The notes under the pieces are model-generated. The model did no database searches, had not been told where the DNA came from, and saw nothing but the letters and a program-made list of their open reading frames with translations. A DNA stretch of 32,000 nt from Promethearchaeia archaeon. Its GTDB lineage: Archaea > Asgardarchaeota > Lokiarchaeia > Sigyniarchaeales > SOKP01. Where the stretch lies: positions 37,696 through 69,695 of the forward strand of contig JAWOFX010000078.1 of the NCBI GenBank assembly GCA_046497275.1. Reading direction: 5' to 3'. The translations under genes were made by a program, and so were the position numbers. This document shows, piece by piece, positions 14,954 through 23,723 of the stretch. Position 1 is the first letter of the stretch. Each line of letters begins with the position of its first letter.

Positions 14954-16615
14954 TTATATTATTATAACACTCAAAATTGTAGAAATCACACCAACACTAA
15001 GTAGAAGGGAATTTAATTTTTTAAATAATGGATATTCATCACGAATTTCTCTAGGATTAGTAGACATTGTATATCCGCTAAAAGACATTGTAGTGAAGAA
15101 CCCAATCCATAGAAAAAAGAATAAATTCAAAAAAATATACAATAAAGACAATCTAAGGAACCATGTGATTATTCCAAGGAATATTGTATTAATAATTCCG
15201 AAAAATAAACTTTTCACAATAAAATTACGTGTAAATTGAGATAGTGGATAAAGTAATGTTAATATTAGGTTTGGAAAGAGTATCCAAATTAGGAGATCTC
15301 CAACCATCCAAGTTTTATTGATTACATTAATAATATCTAGTGCCAAAAATGATATGAAAAGAGTTAATAGGGGAAAAAAGAAAACTTTTCTCATTAGAAA
15401 TGTAGTATGGGTTATTCCTGCACTTATTCTATGTTGTAAAGTAAATCTTGCTCTTTTCATTTTTTGAGGTTTTTTATTTGGTCGCTTTGTTAGATATTCC
15501 TTTAAATATTTTGACCAAACAGGTCCATATTTTACCTTAAATGGGAATTTTTCAGACATCTCTGGAAGATTAGGTTTTGAAACACCTCCAGCAGAGAGTT
15601 GTGGTAAGATGATAGTTCTATTCTCAGTGAATTGTCGCAAAACAGTTGCTTCAACAGCTTCAACTAATTGCGTATTACCAAAATCATTACCTCTTGCAGC
15701 ACACCATACATTTATCCCATTAGAATCAAGGGATAAAACCCAAGCATCTATATCTTCCAAGTCCCTCATAACTTTTATAAAAGTATAGACATAATTAGCC
15801 GTGGCTATAATAGGAGATTTTGCATCTGGGTCCCCCGATTTATATAATCCTGGTTCAACTGAGATATTATCAACTTGTCCAGTTAATAAACATCTCCAGA
15901 TTTTTAATTGAGAAGAAAAACCCTTTATTTTAGGTTTTTCAGGGCTATAATAACCGGGTTTAGAATTTGGTCTTGAATTTTTTACTAACTCTATTACTCT
16001 AATTGATCCGTGAATCCATTCCTCGTTATCGACAATTTTAAAGCCAATAGGTTCTAAATAATCATAAAAATGTTCTAAAGGTTTAGACTTATCTATATTA
16101 AGCCTTTTCAATTTTTTGCCATAAAACCATCTTTTAACCTTAAAAGGAATTTTCCATATTCCAGAAGGGACAAATTCTGCGGCAATTATTAATCGACCCC
16201 CAGTTTTTAAAGCTTTCCAAGAATTACGAAGGAAGATTTGTTGCTCTAAAGGTCTTAATTCAGATAACATAAAAGTGCTAATTACAAGATCTTGAGATTT
16301 ATCAGGAACATTTAGACTCTTTATTGTACCTATTTGATATATTAATTCTATGTTATCTTTTTCGGGGATGTTTTTCATAGCATAACTAATCATCTGATAA
16401 TTTTTATCAATCGCTATTACTTTACAACCTTTTAAAGCCATTTTTGATGCGAGGGATCCCGTACCACATCCTACTTCCAGAATTGACTGATCTGGTGCAG
16501 TTTTATCTAAAATCCAATTATGAACTTCTAGGTTAATTCCTTGAGTTAGAGATTTAAATTTTGAATCATAACTCTCAGGTTGTTGCTCCAATTTTAACAT
16601 GTAGGTAACAGCCAT
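14954..16615 (-). CDS. hgcA: Class I SAM methyltransferase fused to an HgcA-like corrinoid protein with C-terminal membrane domain
   Basis: aa 1-212 MTase (ILEVGCGTG, IAID, DLVISTFMLSEL, LKTGGRLII). aa about 240-390 CdhD/HgcA corrinoid domain (VEPGLY..GDPD..SP...TANY, GINVWCAARG, IILPQLSAGGV, YGPV). aa 410-553 TM helices with SFSGYTMST...EIRDE. GAGGT RBS upstream. Confidence 0.85.
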   Translation of the reverse strand: MAVTYMLKLEQQPESYDSKFKSLTQGINLEVHNWILDKTAPDQSILEVGCGTGSLASKMALKGCKVIAIDKNYQMISYAMKNIPEKDNIELIYQIGTIKSLNVPDKSQDLVISTFMLSELRPLEQQIFLRNSWKALKTGGRLIIAAEFVPSGIWKIPFKVKRWFYGKKLKRLNIDKSKPLEHFYDYLEPIGFKIVDNEEWIHGSIRVIELVKNSRPNSKPGYYSPEKPKIKGFSSQLKIWRCLLTGQVDNISVEPGLYKSGDPDAKSPIIATANYVYTFIKVMRDLEDIDAWVLSLDSNGINVWCAARGNDFGNTQLVEAVEATVLRQFTENRTIILPQLSAGGVSKPNLPEMSEKFPFKVKYGPVWSKYLKEYLTKRPNKKPQKMKRARFTLQHRISAGITHTTFLMRKVFFFPLLTLFISFLALDIINVINKTWMVGDLLIWILFPNLILTLLYPLSQFTRNFIVKSLFFGIINTIFLGIITWFLRLSLLYIFLNLFFFLWIGFFTTMSFSGYTMSTNPREIRDEYPLFKKLNSLLLSVGVISTILSVIII

Positions 16616-16722
16616 TTTTCATACCTCTTTAAGAATATAAACTAAATCTTTTTTACTTTCCAGAATCCTTTTTTTCCAAGAAATCGTCCTAAATATATAA
16701 TTGAAAGTATAATGGGAATTTC

Positions 16723-16740
16723 TCAAAATAATACTTTTGA
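16723..16740. promoter_or_regulatory. Palindrome TCAAAA-N6-TTTTGA, candidate ArsR operator
   Basis: Perfect 6-bp arms in the divergent hgcA-like/arsR intergenic region; the AT-rich background lowers significance. Confidence 0.3.
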
Positions 16741-16974
16741 TTTGCAGATTCTAAATTTACTTTTAGTTGTCTAAGCTTCATAATAAGTGAATTTTATTTT
16801 AGATTTAAACCTATCGATTTGGACTCATTAACCCCAATCTGAAATATTTTATAATTAATTTTAATTACTATATATGAATAGAGAAAACAAGGATGGTGAA
16901 ACAATATTAATAAAGAGAGAAAAATTGAACTTATGGATACATTAAAAAGTTGTGTAGATTTGAAGGGTGTTAAT

Positions 16975-17310
16975 ATGTCCGAATATTTCAATGAACTAAA
17001 AGAATTCGGAAATTCCCTTACTTACAAAAAGGAATTTCGAGAGATATTAGAGTTTTGTAATACTCTAGGTAATGAAGAGAGATTAAAAATCATTGAGAGC
17101 CTTAATAAACAAGATCATTGCGTATGTGAGTTAGAAGTAATTTTAGGTAAATCCCAATCAACAGTTTCCCATCATTTACGAGAATTGGAAAAGATTGACC
17201 TCATTAGAGGATGGAAAAAAGGGAAATTCACTCATTATGTTATAATACAAGAAAAATTGGATTATTATTTGAATTTAATTTGTCAAAAATATAGAAAAAC
17301 CGATTCTTAA
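16975..17310 (+). CDS. arsR: ArsR/SmtB family regulator (second copy)
   Basis: LGNEERLKII, DHCVCELE..LGKSQSTVSHHLRELEKIDLIRGWKKGKFTHY. ATG 16975 has GGGTG upstream; the track extends it to 16933. Confidence 0.92.
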   Translation: MSEYFNELKEFGNSLTYKKEFREILEFCNTLGNEERLKIIESLNKQDHCVCELEVILGKSQSTVSHHLRELEKIDLIRGWKKGKFTHYVIIQEKLDYYLNLICQKYRKTDS

Positions 17311-17377
17311 AATTGCGCATTCAATTTCACAAATATGTGAAGAACTATAAATTACTATTTGTTCGCAATTAATATAA

Positions 17378-17752
17378 TTAAAAATTTAATAAATTTAAAA
17401 TTACTAAGCTAACAGAAGTGAAAAGAATTATTCCAAACATCAGAACAAATACCCACTGTTTTTTTTGTCCGTAATATCCTGCTGAATTGATGACTGCATA
17501 AATTACTAATCCCATAGCGAGAATGAAAAATGTAGATGCCCAAGAGAGTCTAATAAGAAGAAGAATTCCACTGAGTAGAGAAAGAATCCCCATAGACATT
17601 TCAGCAGTTATATGAAATCTTATTTCTATACTTTGTGTTTTTAATTCTGGTACCTGATTTGTTAGAAGCAACATTGCCCAAAGCCCTATAATTCCTATCC
17701 CAATGATTATTGCATATATTCCACTAATTATTTGAAGAACGATTTTTCTCAC
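17378..17752 (-). CDS. Four-TM membrane protein, unknown function
   Basis: 124 aa, four hydrophobic helices, FHITAE and INSAGYYGQ motifs, GTG start. Confidence 0.7.
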   Translation of the reverse strand: MRKIVLQIISGIYAIIIGIGIIGLWAMLLLTNQVPELKTQSIEIRFHITAEMSMGILSLLSGILLLIRLSWASTFFILAMGLVIYAVINSAGYYGQKKQWVFVLMFGIILFTSVSLVILNLLNF

Positions 17753-17943
17753 ATTTTTACGTTTTATGACTAGGAATAATAAAGTCTAGTTTAATAAAAA
17801 AATTTCTTATATATATTTAAACATTAATTCAAGGGTTATATTCAATAGAGATATGAATTTAATTATAATTTTCATTCAAGATTCAGAAAATATAAAGAAA
17901 AAACAAGATAAATAAAATAAGTTATTTCTCTTTTATTTAGTGC

Positions 17944-18042
17944 TTAAGTTAAACCATATTTAATGAGAATTATTATTATAACAACAACAACTAAAATTAA
18001 CACTCCAATAAATATCCAAAAGGGATCCAATTTTTTTTTCAT
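17944..18042 (-). CDS. 32-aa single-TM microprotein
   Basis: Hand-translated: MKKKLDPFWIFIGVLILVVVVIIIILIKYGLT*. Basic N-terminus, one TM helix, fills an otherwise empty gap. Confidence 0.55.
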   Translation of the reverse strand: MKKKLDPFWIFIGVLILVVVVIIIILIKYGLT

Positions 18043-18315
18043 CTCTAATTGATTTCTATGTTATCAATATTAAAATTGAATATTTATACTTTTTTAATAA
18101 TATCTATCTGGTCAAAAAAGGTTATTTAATATTATATTCAAAAATTTCAATATAATTTTCACTATCCTTGGTGATTTTTTTAAATTCTTTTCTGGTAATT
18201 AATATTTTAGTGGTCCCTTTCTTTTTATAATCTAGGCTCAGAATACATTTATTATGATGGATTTCCATTAAATTAATGTGGAAACCAATATTAATAATAC
18301 TCAGGAGATAGTAAT

Positions 18316-19581
18316 ATGAGCGATTTTAATCAAAATAATAACTTTTCAACATATTTGAAAGTGATAAATCCGTCAGAAATTCACATTAATAAAGAAGATA
18401 TATTTTATCGTGAAAAATATAAAGAAATTATAAATTACTTAAAATTGATTTTAACAGAGTCAAAAGACTTAGAAATTTTTAATTATTTCAATCCAAAAGG
18501 TTTATTATTTATTCAAACTAGTCCTGGGATCGACTTAATAGACTATCTAAAGTTGATTTGCTCAAATTTTTACATTTATTATGTACAGTTAAGAGAATCT
18601 ATTATCAATGAGGATCCAACTGGATTTTTCAATAATTTTCCAACAATATTGAATCAAATCGATGAAATCTTAAAATCGAAAATTAAAAGTCAAACGAAAA
18701 CTGTGAAAGATCAACAAGATAAAAATTTAGAATATAATACTGAAAAATTAATAGTGATTAATCAAAATGAGAGACTTACACAGAATTTAGGAGATCAAAA
18801 TTTATTGAATAAATTTCTCTCCTATTATCAAGAAGAGGAAAATCTGAAAGTTTTGCTCGAAAATAAAATTATCATAATATGGATTAATTATGATTATAAA
18901 GGAGTATTAACCCATTCAGAGCAATTATATAACATTTTTGATTATGTAATTAGGGTTCCTATACTAAATAAAACCGAACGACAGCAAGTTTTTAGAGAGT
19001 TTATGGAAAATAATCCTAAAATCTCATTTGATATCAATCAATTAGTTGAACTTACTGAAAATTGGGAAGTAAAAGAAATTGATAATTTGCTTAGATTAGC
19101 AATTTTAAAACATCATTTTAATTCTGAACTAAATACAACCAGTAACGAGATCACAGATAGCATAATAGATTTGATTGAAACTGGAGAATTTATCCCCTAT
19201 TTTAAGAAGAAAGAACTGAAATATAAAGAAGATAAGGAAGAAATCTCCTATAAGGAAGTAGGGGGAAAAACAAAAATACCAAACCAAATTATCGAGACAA
19301 AAATAAATGATGGCACTAAAGATATTATTAATCAAATTGAATCTGAAAAATATTCTGATTTTATGTTAAACCAATTATATGAAAATGCCGCTTCAGAAAA
19401 TTATAATGAATTAATATTGATTATAGATAAATTAGATAAAAAGGAACCTCTCGAAGAGAATGATAGAAAAATATTGTCGAAATTTCCATTCATTCTAAGT
19501 TCTTCTCCTTCTAAAGCACAAATACTTTTAGAAAAAGCAAAAAAAAGGATTGATATGATTACCAAATCTTTTGGAAAATGA
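18316..19581 (+). CDS. Degenerate (probably inactive) AAA+ ATPase-like protein
   Basis: EDIFYREKYKEIINYL...PKGLLFIQTSPGIDL mirrors the pre-Walker/Walker A region of CDC48/PAN (PKGVLLYGPPGTGKT) without GKT. IFDYVIRVPILNKTERQQVF...DINQLVELTENWEVKEIDNLLRLA mirrors the AAA lid. Confidence 0.7.
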   Translation: MSDFNQNNNFSTYLKVINPSEIHINKEDIFYREKYKEIINYLKLILTESKDLEIFNYFNPKGLLFIQTSPGIDLIDYLKLICSNFYIYYVQLRESIINEDPTGFFNNFPTILNQIDEILKSKIKSQTKTVKDQQDKNLEYNTEKLIVINQNERLTQNLGDQNLLNKFLSYYQEEENLKVLLENKIIIIWINYDYKGVLTHSEQLYNIFDYVIRVPILNKTERQQVFREFMENNPKISFDINQLVELTENWEVKEIDNLLRLAILKHHFNSELNTTSNEITDSIIDLIETGEFIPYFKKKELKYKEDKEEISYKEVGGKTKIPNQIIETKINDGTKDIINQIESEKYSDFMLNQLYENAASENYNELILIIDKLDKKEPLEENDRKILSKFPFILSSSPSKAQILLEKAKKRIDMITKSFGK

Positions 19582-19599
19582 GTTGAGTGTTGAAATTAA

Positions 19600-22500
19600 A
19601 TGAGTGATGATAAAAAAGATATTATTGGAAAAAAAGGATCAGATCCATTTTCGGAAAGACAGGTGCATATTCATAAAGTTATATTGGAGAATTTTCTTTC
19701 ATTTAGGAAGGATGAGGTGGAGTTTAATGATAATAAGTTTATCATCATCGTGGGACCCAATTGGAGTGGTAAAAGTTCAATCTATCAATCAATTAAGTTC
19801 GTTCTTGGAAGCAATGAACGGGATGAGAGATATCCGAAATGGTCTGATTTTATTAGATTTGGGCAAGACCATGCCATGGTTGAAATACATATTAAAGATA
19901 ATTCAGATTTATTAAAAATTAGAAGAACCGTCCTTAAAGGACACTCACCTTTTTTTGAACTACAAAGAGGAGGAGAAAAAGATTTTAAGAAGGTAAGAGC
20001 AAGTGAGGTTCAAGATTTAGTATCAGAATTAAACTATAATCCTGATAATCAGTTTGCATTTGTTAGTCAAGGGAAAATCGATTCTATTAAAGATTTGAAA
20101 CCAACGGAATTATGTACATTTCTTGAAGAGGGCATTGGATTAATTGGCATGCGACAAGAAATTTTACAGAAAAAGAATGAAATCGAATCTTTAAAGTATG
20201 AATTGCAATCAATAAATACCAAAAAGAATTCCTTAAATATCAATTTAGATCTCCTTAGACCAAAATTAGAGAGATTAAAAGAAAAAAACAAATTATTAAA
20301 GAAAAAGAGGAAGTTTGAAGATGAGCTTTTATGGGCGAATCGTCAAAAACTTCTCTTAGAAATAGTAGAATTAACAGATGAAGTCAAAAATTTGAATTCT
20401 TTGATTAAAAAAATAGGAAAACAAAAACAAGAAAACCTAGATAAAGCAGACTTTTTATCAAGAGAAATTGAAGAACTAGAAGATAAAATAAACGAGTTCT
20501 CTAAAAATCTTGGTCAAGAAGAATATAAGAAGCAAGATTTAGTTGGAAAAATTAAGAAATGGCAAAATGCAAAAGTTGATATGAAAAAAGAACTTGATGA
20601 CCTTTCTACCAAGATCAAAGCTCAGAATAAAAAGTTAGAAAATCTGAAAAGCCAGAAAGACAGTATTGAGGCAAATTTAAACACAATTAAGAGAGATTTA
20701 AATAAAATTGAGAAAAATATTGAAGATCTGATTCAAGAACAAGCAGAATTATCAACAAAAATTGAAGAAAATAAAGCATTTTTAGAAAAATATAACAAAT
20801 TATCATCAGACAAAGAGGAAAAGCAAAATCAAATTCAAGAAAATAAGACTATAATAAACGATATAGTAAATCAAATTAATCAATTATTTCAAAGTTTTAA
20901 AGATATAAAGCATAAACTGGAAAAAAATAAATGGTTTTTAGAAAACCCTACTAAGAATTTATTAAAAGAGTTGGATGTAGAGTTAGAAAAAGTTTCCTCT
21001 GAATTATTTGATATTGAGGAAGATTTAAAGAGATTAGAGCATGAAAAATCTCGCAAGATGGATGATTTTCGCCGTTTAAGAGGATCTTTAGATGAGAGAA
21101 GAATAGTACTTCCTACAAATATTAATATATTAAAAGATGAAATTCGAAAAAGAGATTTACAGGTAAAGGGTCCAATTATCGAATATATCAAATATGATGA
21201 TAAACTGAGCTATGCTATAGAATCCGTTTTAGGGGAAAAATTACTTTATAGTTTTGTTGCATCTGATTGGGATACTTTAGATTTATTAAAAAGACTCAAA
21301 GAGAAATATAATGCATATTGCAATATTTATTTAGCTAAATCTGAAAGTATAAAAGCATATAATAAATTTGAAGCAGAAGGTGTTATCGGTTATTTAGTAG
21401 AACTCATAAAAACAAATGACATTGAAATTAAGAAAGTTATATATTCGAAGATAAAAAATTGTTTAGTTGTAAAAGATTATAGAAACGGGAAACAATTATA
21501 TAATCGCTATTCATTTAAAGGGAAATGTGTAACATTAAAAGGAGAACAAATTATTTCATACAAATACGTATATGAAACACCCTACCGCAAACAATTAAAA
21601 GGATTATTAAGTGCGGGTACGCAAAAAGAACAAGCAGATAGATTAGAAAATGATATAAAAAACCTAAATGATCAAATTTCAGATTTAAAGGTAAATGCGT
21701 CTAAATTAGATGAAATTCAACAAGAGATCTATAACAAAAAGAGTGCCTTTAACGATTTGCTTTATAATCTTAATCAAAAACAGAGAATCACCTCAAAGAA
21801 GAATCAATTATATGAACAGAAGGCTAAATTAGAGGAGTTAAATTCCAGATTCTCAGAAGAAATCGAAAATATAGATATAGAGTTAAAAGAATTAGAAAAA
21901 CAAAAATCCTCAGATTTTTTTAAATATAACTCGCGATTAAAAGAGATCCCCAATTTATTAAAGAATCTAAATAAGGAGAAAAAAACTTGGAACCTAAAAT
22001 TAATTGAGAGCAGTGAGATATTATCTGCTGTAAATGAAAAAATCAATAAAGTTTCAAATAAAGTTAATAATTTGAATTCGGAGTATAAGACTAAACAAGA
22101 AAATTTTCAAAAAGCAGATAGAGAAGCTTTTGAGATATATCGAGAGTTGGACAAAGTTGAGAATTCTATCAATGAATTAAATCAAGAAATTCAAGAATTT
22201 AAGTCTGAGAGGAAGCAAAAACTCTCTGATAAAGCAATTTTAGATAAAAAAAAGATAGAAATTGAATTGAAAATTGAACAGGAAACCATTAATTTAAATC
22301 AAGCAAAACAAGAATTAAACTCCAAAAATGAGGATTTAAAACGTATTGATACAGAAATAGGCGATAAGATAAAACAAAAGGAATTAAAACCAAGGGTTAT
22401 TCAAGAAATAAAAGAGGATATCCTTGAAATTGATAAAAAATTATTGCAATTTTTTGATGTTGATGATTCTATCTTAGTTGAGCGGGACCAAATTTTATCG

Positions 22501-23067
22501 TCCTTAAAAAAAATTGTTAAAAATCAAAAGGATTTGGAGGACGATGTCCAAGCAGCAATCGATACAGAAGATAAATTAGAAAGCACATATTATAAGAAAT
22601 TTGAATCGGTTCTTGATGAATTGGAGGATCGTATCAATAAGAAGTTTGAGGATTCTAATATTAATGTTTATTGTGCTTTAGAGTTAATAGGTGATTTTGA
22701 GGAATTAGGAGTTGATATCAAAGCTGCGACTTCCAATAAGCCATTAATTTCTTGTACAGCTCTTAGTGGAGGCCAAGTATCAATGGTCTCGATAGCCCTC
22801 ATCCTCTCATTACAGGAAATGGAGCCGTCACCTCTATGTATGTTTGATGAAGCAGCTATGTTTTTAGATGATAAAAATGCTGAGATTACTTATGAATTAA
22901 TTAAATCAACTTTGGAACAGAATCCTATTCAAATGTTAATGTTTCTTCCAAAATCTTCTAATGCTTTATATAGATTAGCTGAAAAATTAATTGGAGTAGC
23001 AAGAGTAGGTAAAGATGAGGTATCTACCATATTCAATCCAAAAATAAAAAATCAAAAAAGTAAATGA
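19600..23067 (+). CDS. smc: SMC protein, SMC5/6-like
   Basis: Walker A GPNWSGKS, Q-loop FVSQGKI, two long coiled coils around a hinge (VKGPIIEYI...AIESVLG), signature LSGGQ, Walker B MFDE, His-less switch MFLPK. Confidence 0.92.
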   Translation: MSDDKKDIIGKKGSDPFSERQVHIHKVILENFLSFRKDEVEFNDNKFIIIVGPNWSGKSSIYQSIKFVLGSNERDERYPKWSDFIRFGQDHAMVEIHIKDNSDLLKIRRTVLKGHSPFFELQRGGEKDFKKVRASEVQDLVSELNYNPDNQFAFVSQGKIDSIKDLKPTELCTFLEEGIGLIGMRQEILQKKNEIESLKYELQSINTKKNSLNINLDLLRPKLERLKEKNKLLKKKRKFEDELLWANRQKLLLEIVELTDEVKNLNSLIKKIGKQKQENLDKADFLSREIEELEDKINEFSKNLGQEEYKKQDLVGKIKKWQNAKVDMKKELDDLSTKIKAQNKKLENLKSQKDSIEANLNTIKRDLNKIEKNIEDLIQEQAELSTKIEENKAFLEKYNKLSSDKEEKQNQIQENKTIINDIVNQINQLFQSFKDIKHKLEKNKWFLENPTKNLLKELDVELEKVSSELFDIEEDLKRLEHEKSRKMDDFRRLRGSLDERRIVLPTNINILKDEIRKRDLQVKGPIIEYIKYDDKLSYAIESVLGEKLLYSFVASDWDTLDLLKRLKEKYNAYCNIYLAKSESIKAYNKFEAEGVIGYLVELIKTNDIEIKKVIYSKIKNCLVVKDYRNGKQLYNRYSFKGKCVTLKGEQIISYKYVYETPYRKQLKGLLSAGTQKEQADRLENDIKNLNDQISDLKVNASKLDEIQQEIYNKKSAFNDLLYNLNQKQRITSKKNQLYEQKAKLEELNSRFSEEIENIDIELKELEKQKSSDFFKYNSRLKEIPNLLKNLNKEKKTWNLKLIESSEILSAVNEKINKVSNKVNNLNSEYKTKQENFQKADREAFEIYRELDKVENSINELNQEIQEFKSERKQKLSDKAILDKKKIEIELKIEQETINLNQAKQELNSKNEDLKRIDTEIGDKIKQKELKPRVIQEIKEDILEIDKKLLQFFDVDDSILVERDQILSSLKKIVKNQKDLEDDVQAAIDTEDKLESTYYKKFESVLDELEDRINKKFEDSNINVYCALELIGDFEELGVDIKAATSNKPLISCTALSGGQVSMVSIALILSLQEMEPSPLCMFDEAAMFLDDKNAEITYELIKSTLEQNPIQMLMFLPKSSNALYRLAEKLIGVARVGKDEVSTIFNPKIKNQKSK

Positions 23068-23723
23068 TAGATAATAAAGACTTTTCAGAACGTATTAGTC
23101 AAAAAATTAAGGAAATTTATGATAAAGTAATCACAGGAGAACTTTCTTTACTAGATTATGAGCTAGTTCCAATATTTAATGAATTAAAGGACTCTTTAAG
23201 TATTTCTAATATAAATAATTATTCTAAAACGTATATAGAAGCATGTAATCTACTCGATACAAAATTTGAGGAATTAAAAGCATTGCTAAATTCTTTTGAT
23301 GAAGAAAAACAATTTAAAGAATATATAGAATCCCAACCTTCTGATCAAGAAATTTTATATTTGTTTAATAATTGTTGGATAAAAACCTTTGATTTAAGTA
23401 TACTTTCTTATGATTTTATAGAAGCTAGCAAGGAAAGACTAATTCATGAAAAATACAAACCCATTATTATTAAACATCTTAAGAAAGAAAAAAGCAATGA
23501 TAAATTTATCTTAGAATTACCAAAGCATAAATTCACAGAAAAAATGTTGGAATATTTCGATTCAATTAAAGATAAACTTCCATGCTCTTTCTATGAGATT
23601 TTTGATGAAGATCTCGATCAAATAGAACTATATCAACAATTTGTATATATATTACACCTACTCCAATTAGGAAAAATACAATATCAAGCAGAAACAAATA
23701 CACTCTATATTCTTGGTGATTAA
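23064..23723 (+). CDS. scpA: Kleisin (ScpA/Nse4-like)
   Basis: ATGA overlap with smc; N-terminal helical domain; C-terminal wHTH cap FVYILHLLQLGKIQYQ typical of kleisins. Assignment partly from context. Confidence 0.65.
   Translation: MIDNKDFSERISQKIKEIYDKVITGELSLLDYELVPIFNELKDSLSISNINNYSKTYIEACNLLDTKFEELKALLNSFDEEKQFKEYIESQPSDQEILYLFNNCWIKTFDLSILSYDFIEASKERLIHEKYKPIIIKHLKKEKSNDKFILELPKHKFTEKMLEYFDSIKDKLPCSFYEIFDEDLDQIELYQQFVYILHLLQLGKIQYQAETNTLYILGD

Noticed and set aside
15701-15703. Selenocysteine variant of the HgcA cap helix
   Set aside because: The codon is TGT (Cys), not TGA.
14954-16615. Calling the methyltransferase domain ArsM
   Set aside because: It lacks the conserved As-binding Cys set of ArsM; its only Cys are in motif I (GCG) and one nearby.
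14590-16615. Fused HgcAB, or a confident call of mercury methylation
   Set aside because: The ferredoxin is a separate ORF, and the cap motif deviates from the validated consensus, so Hg methylation cannot be asserted from sequence.
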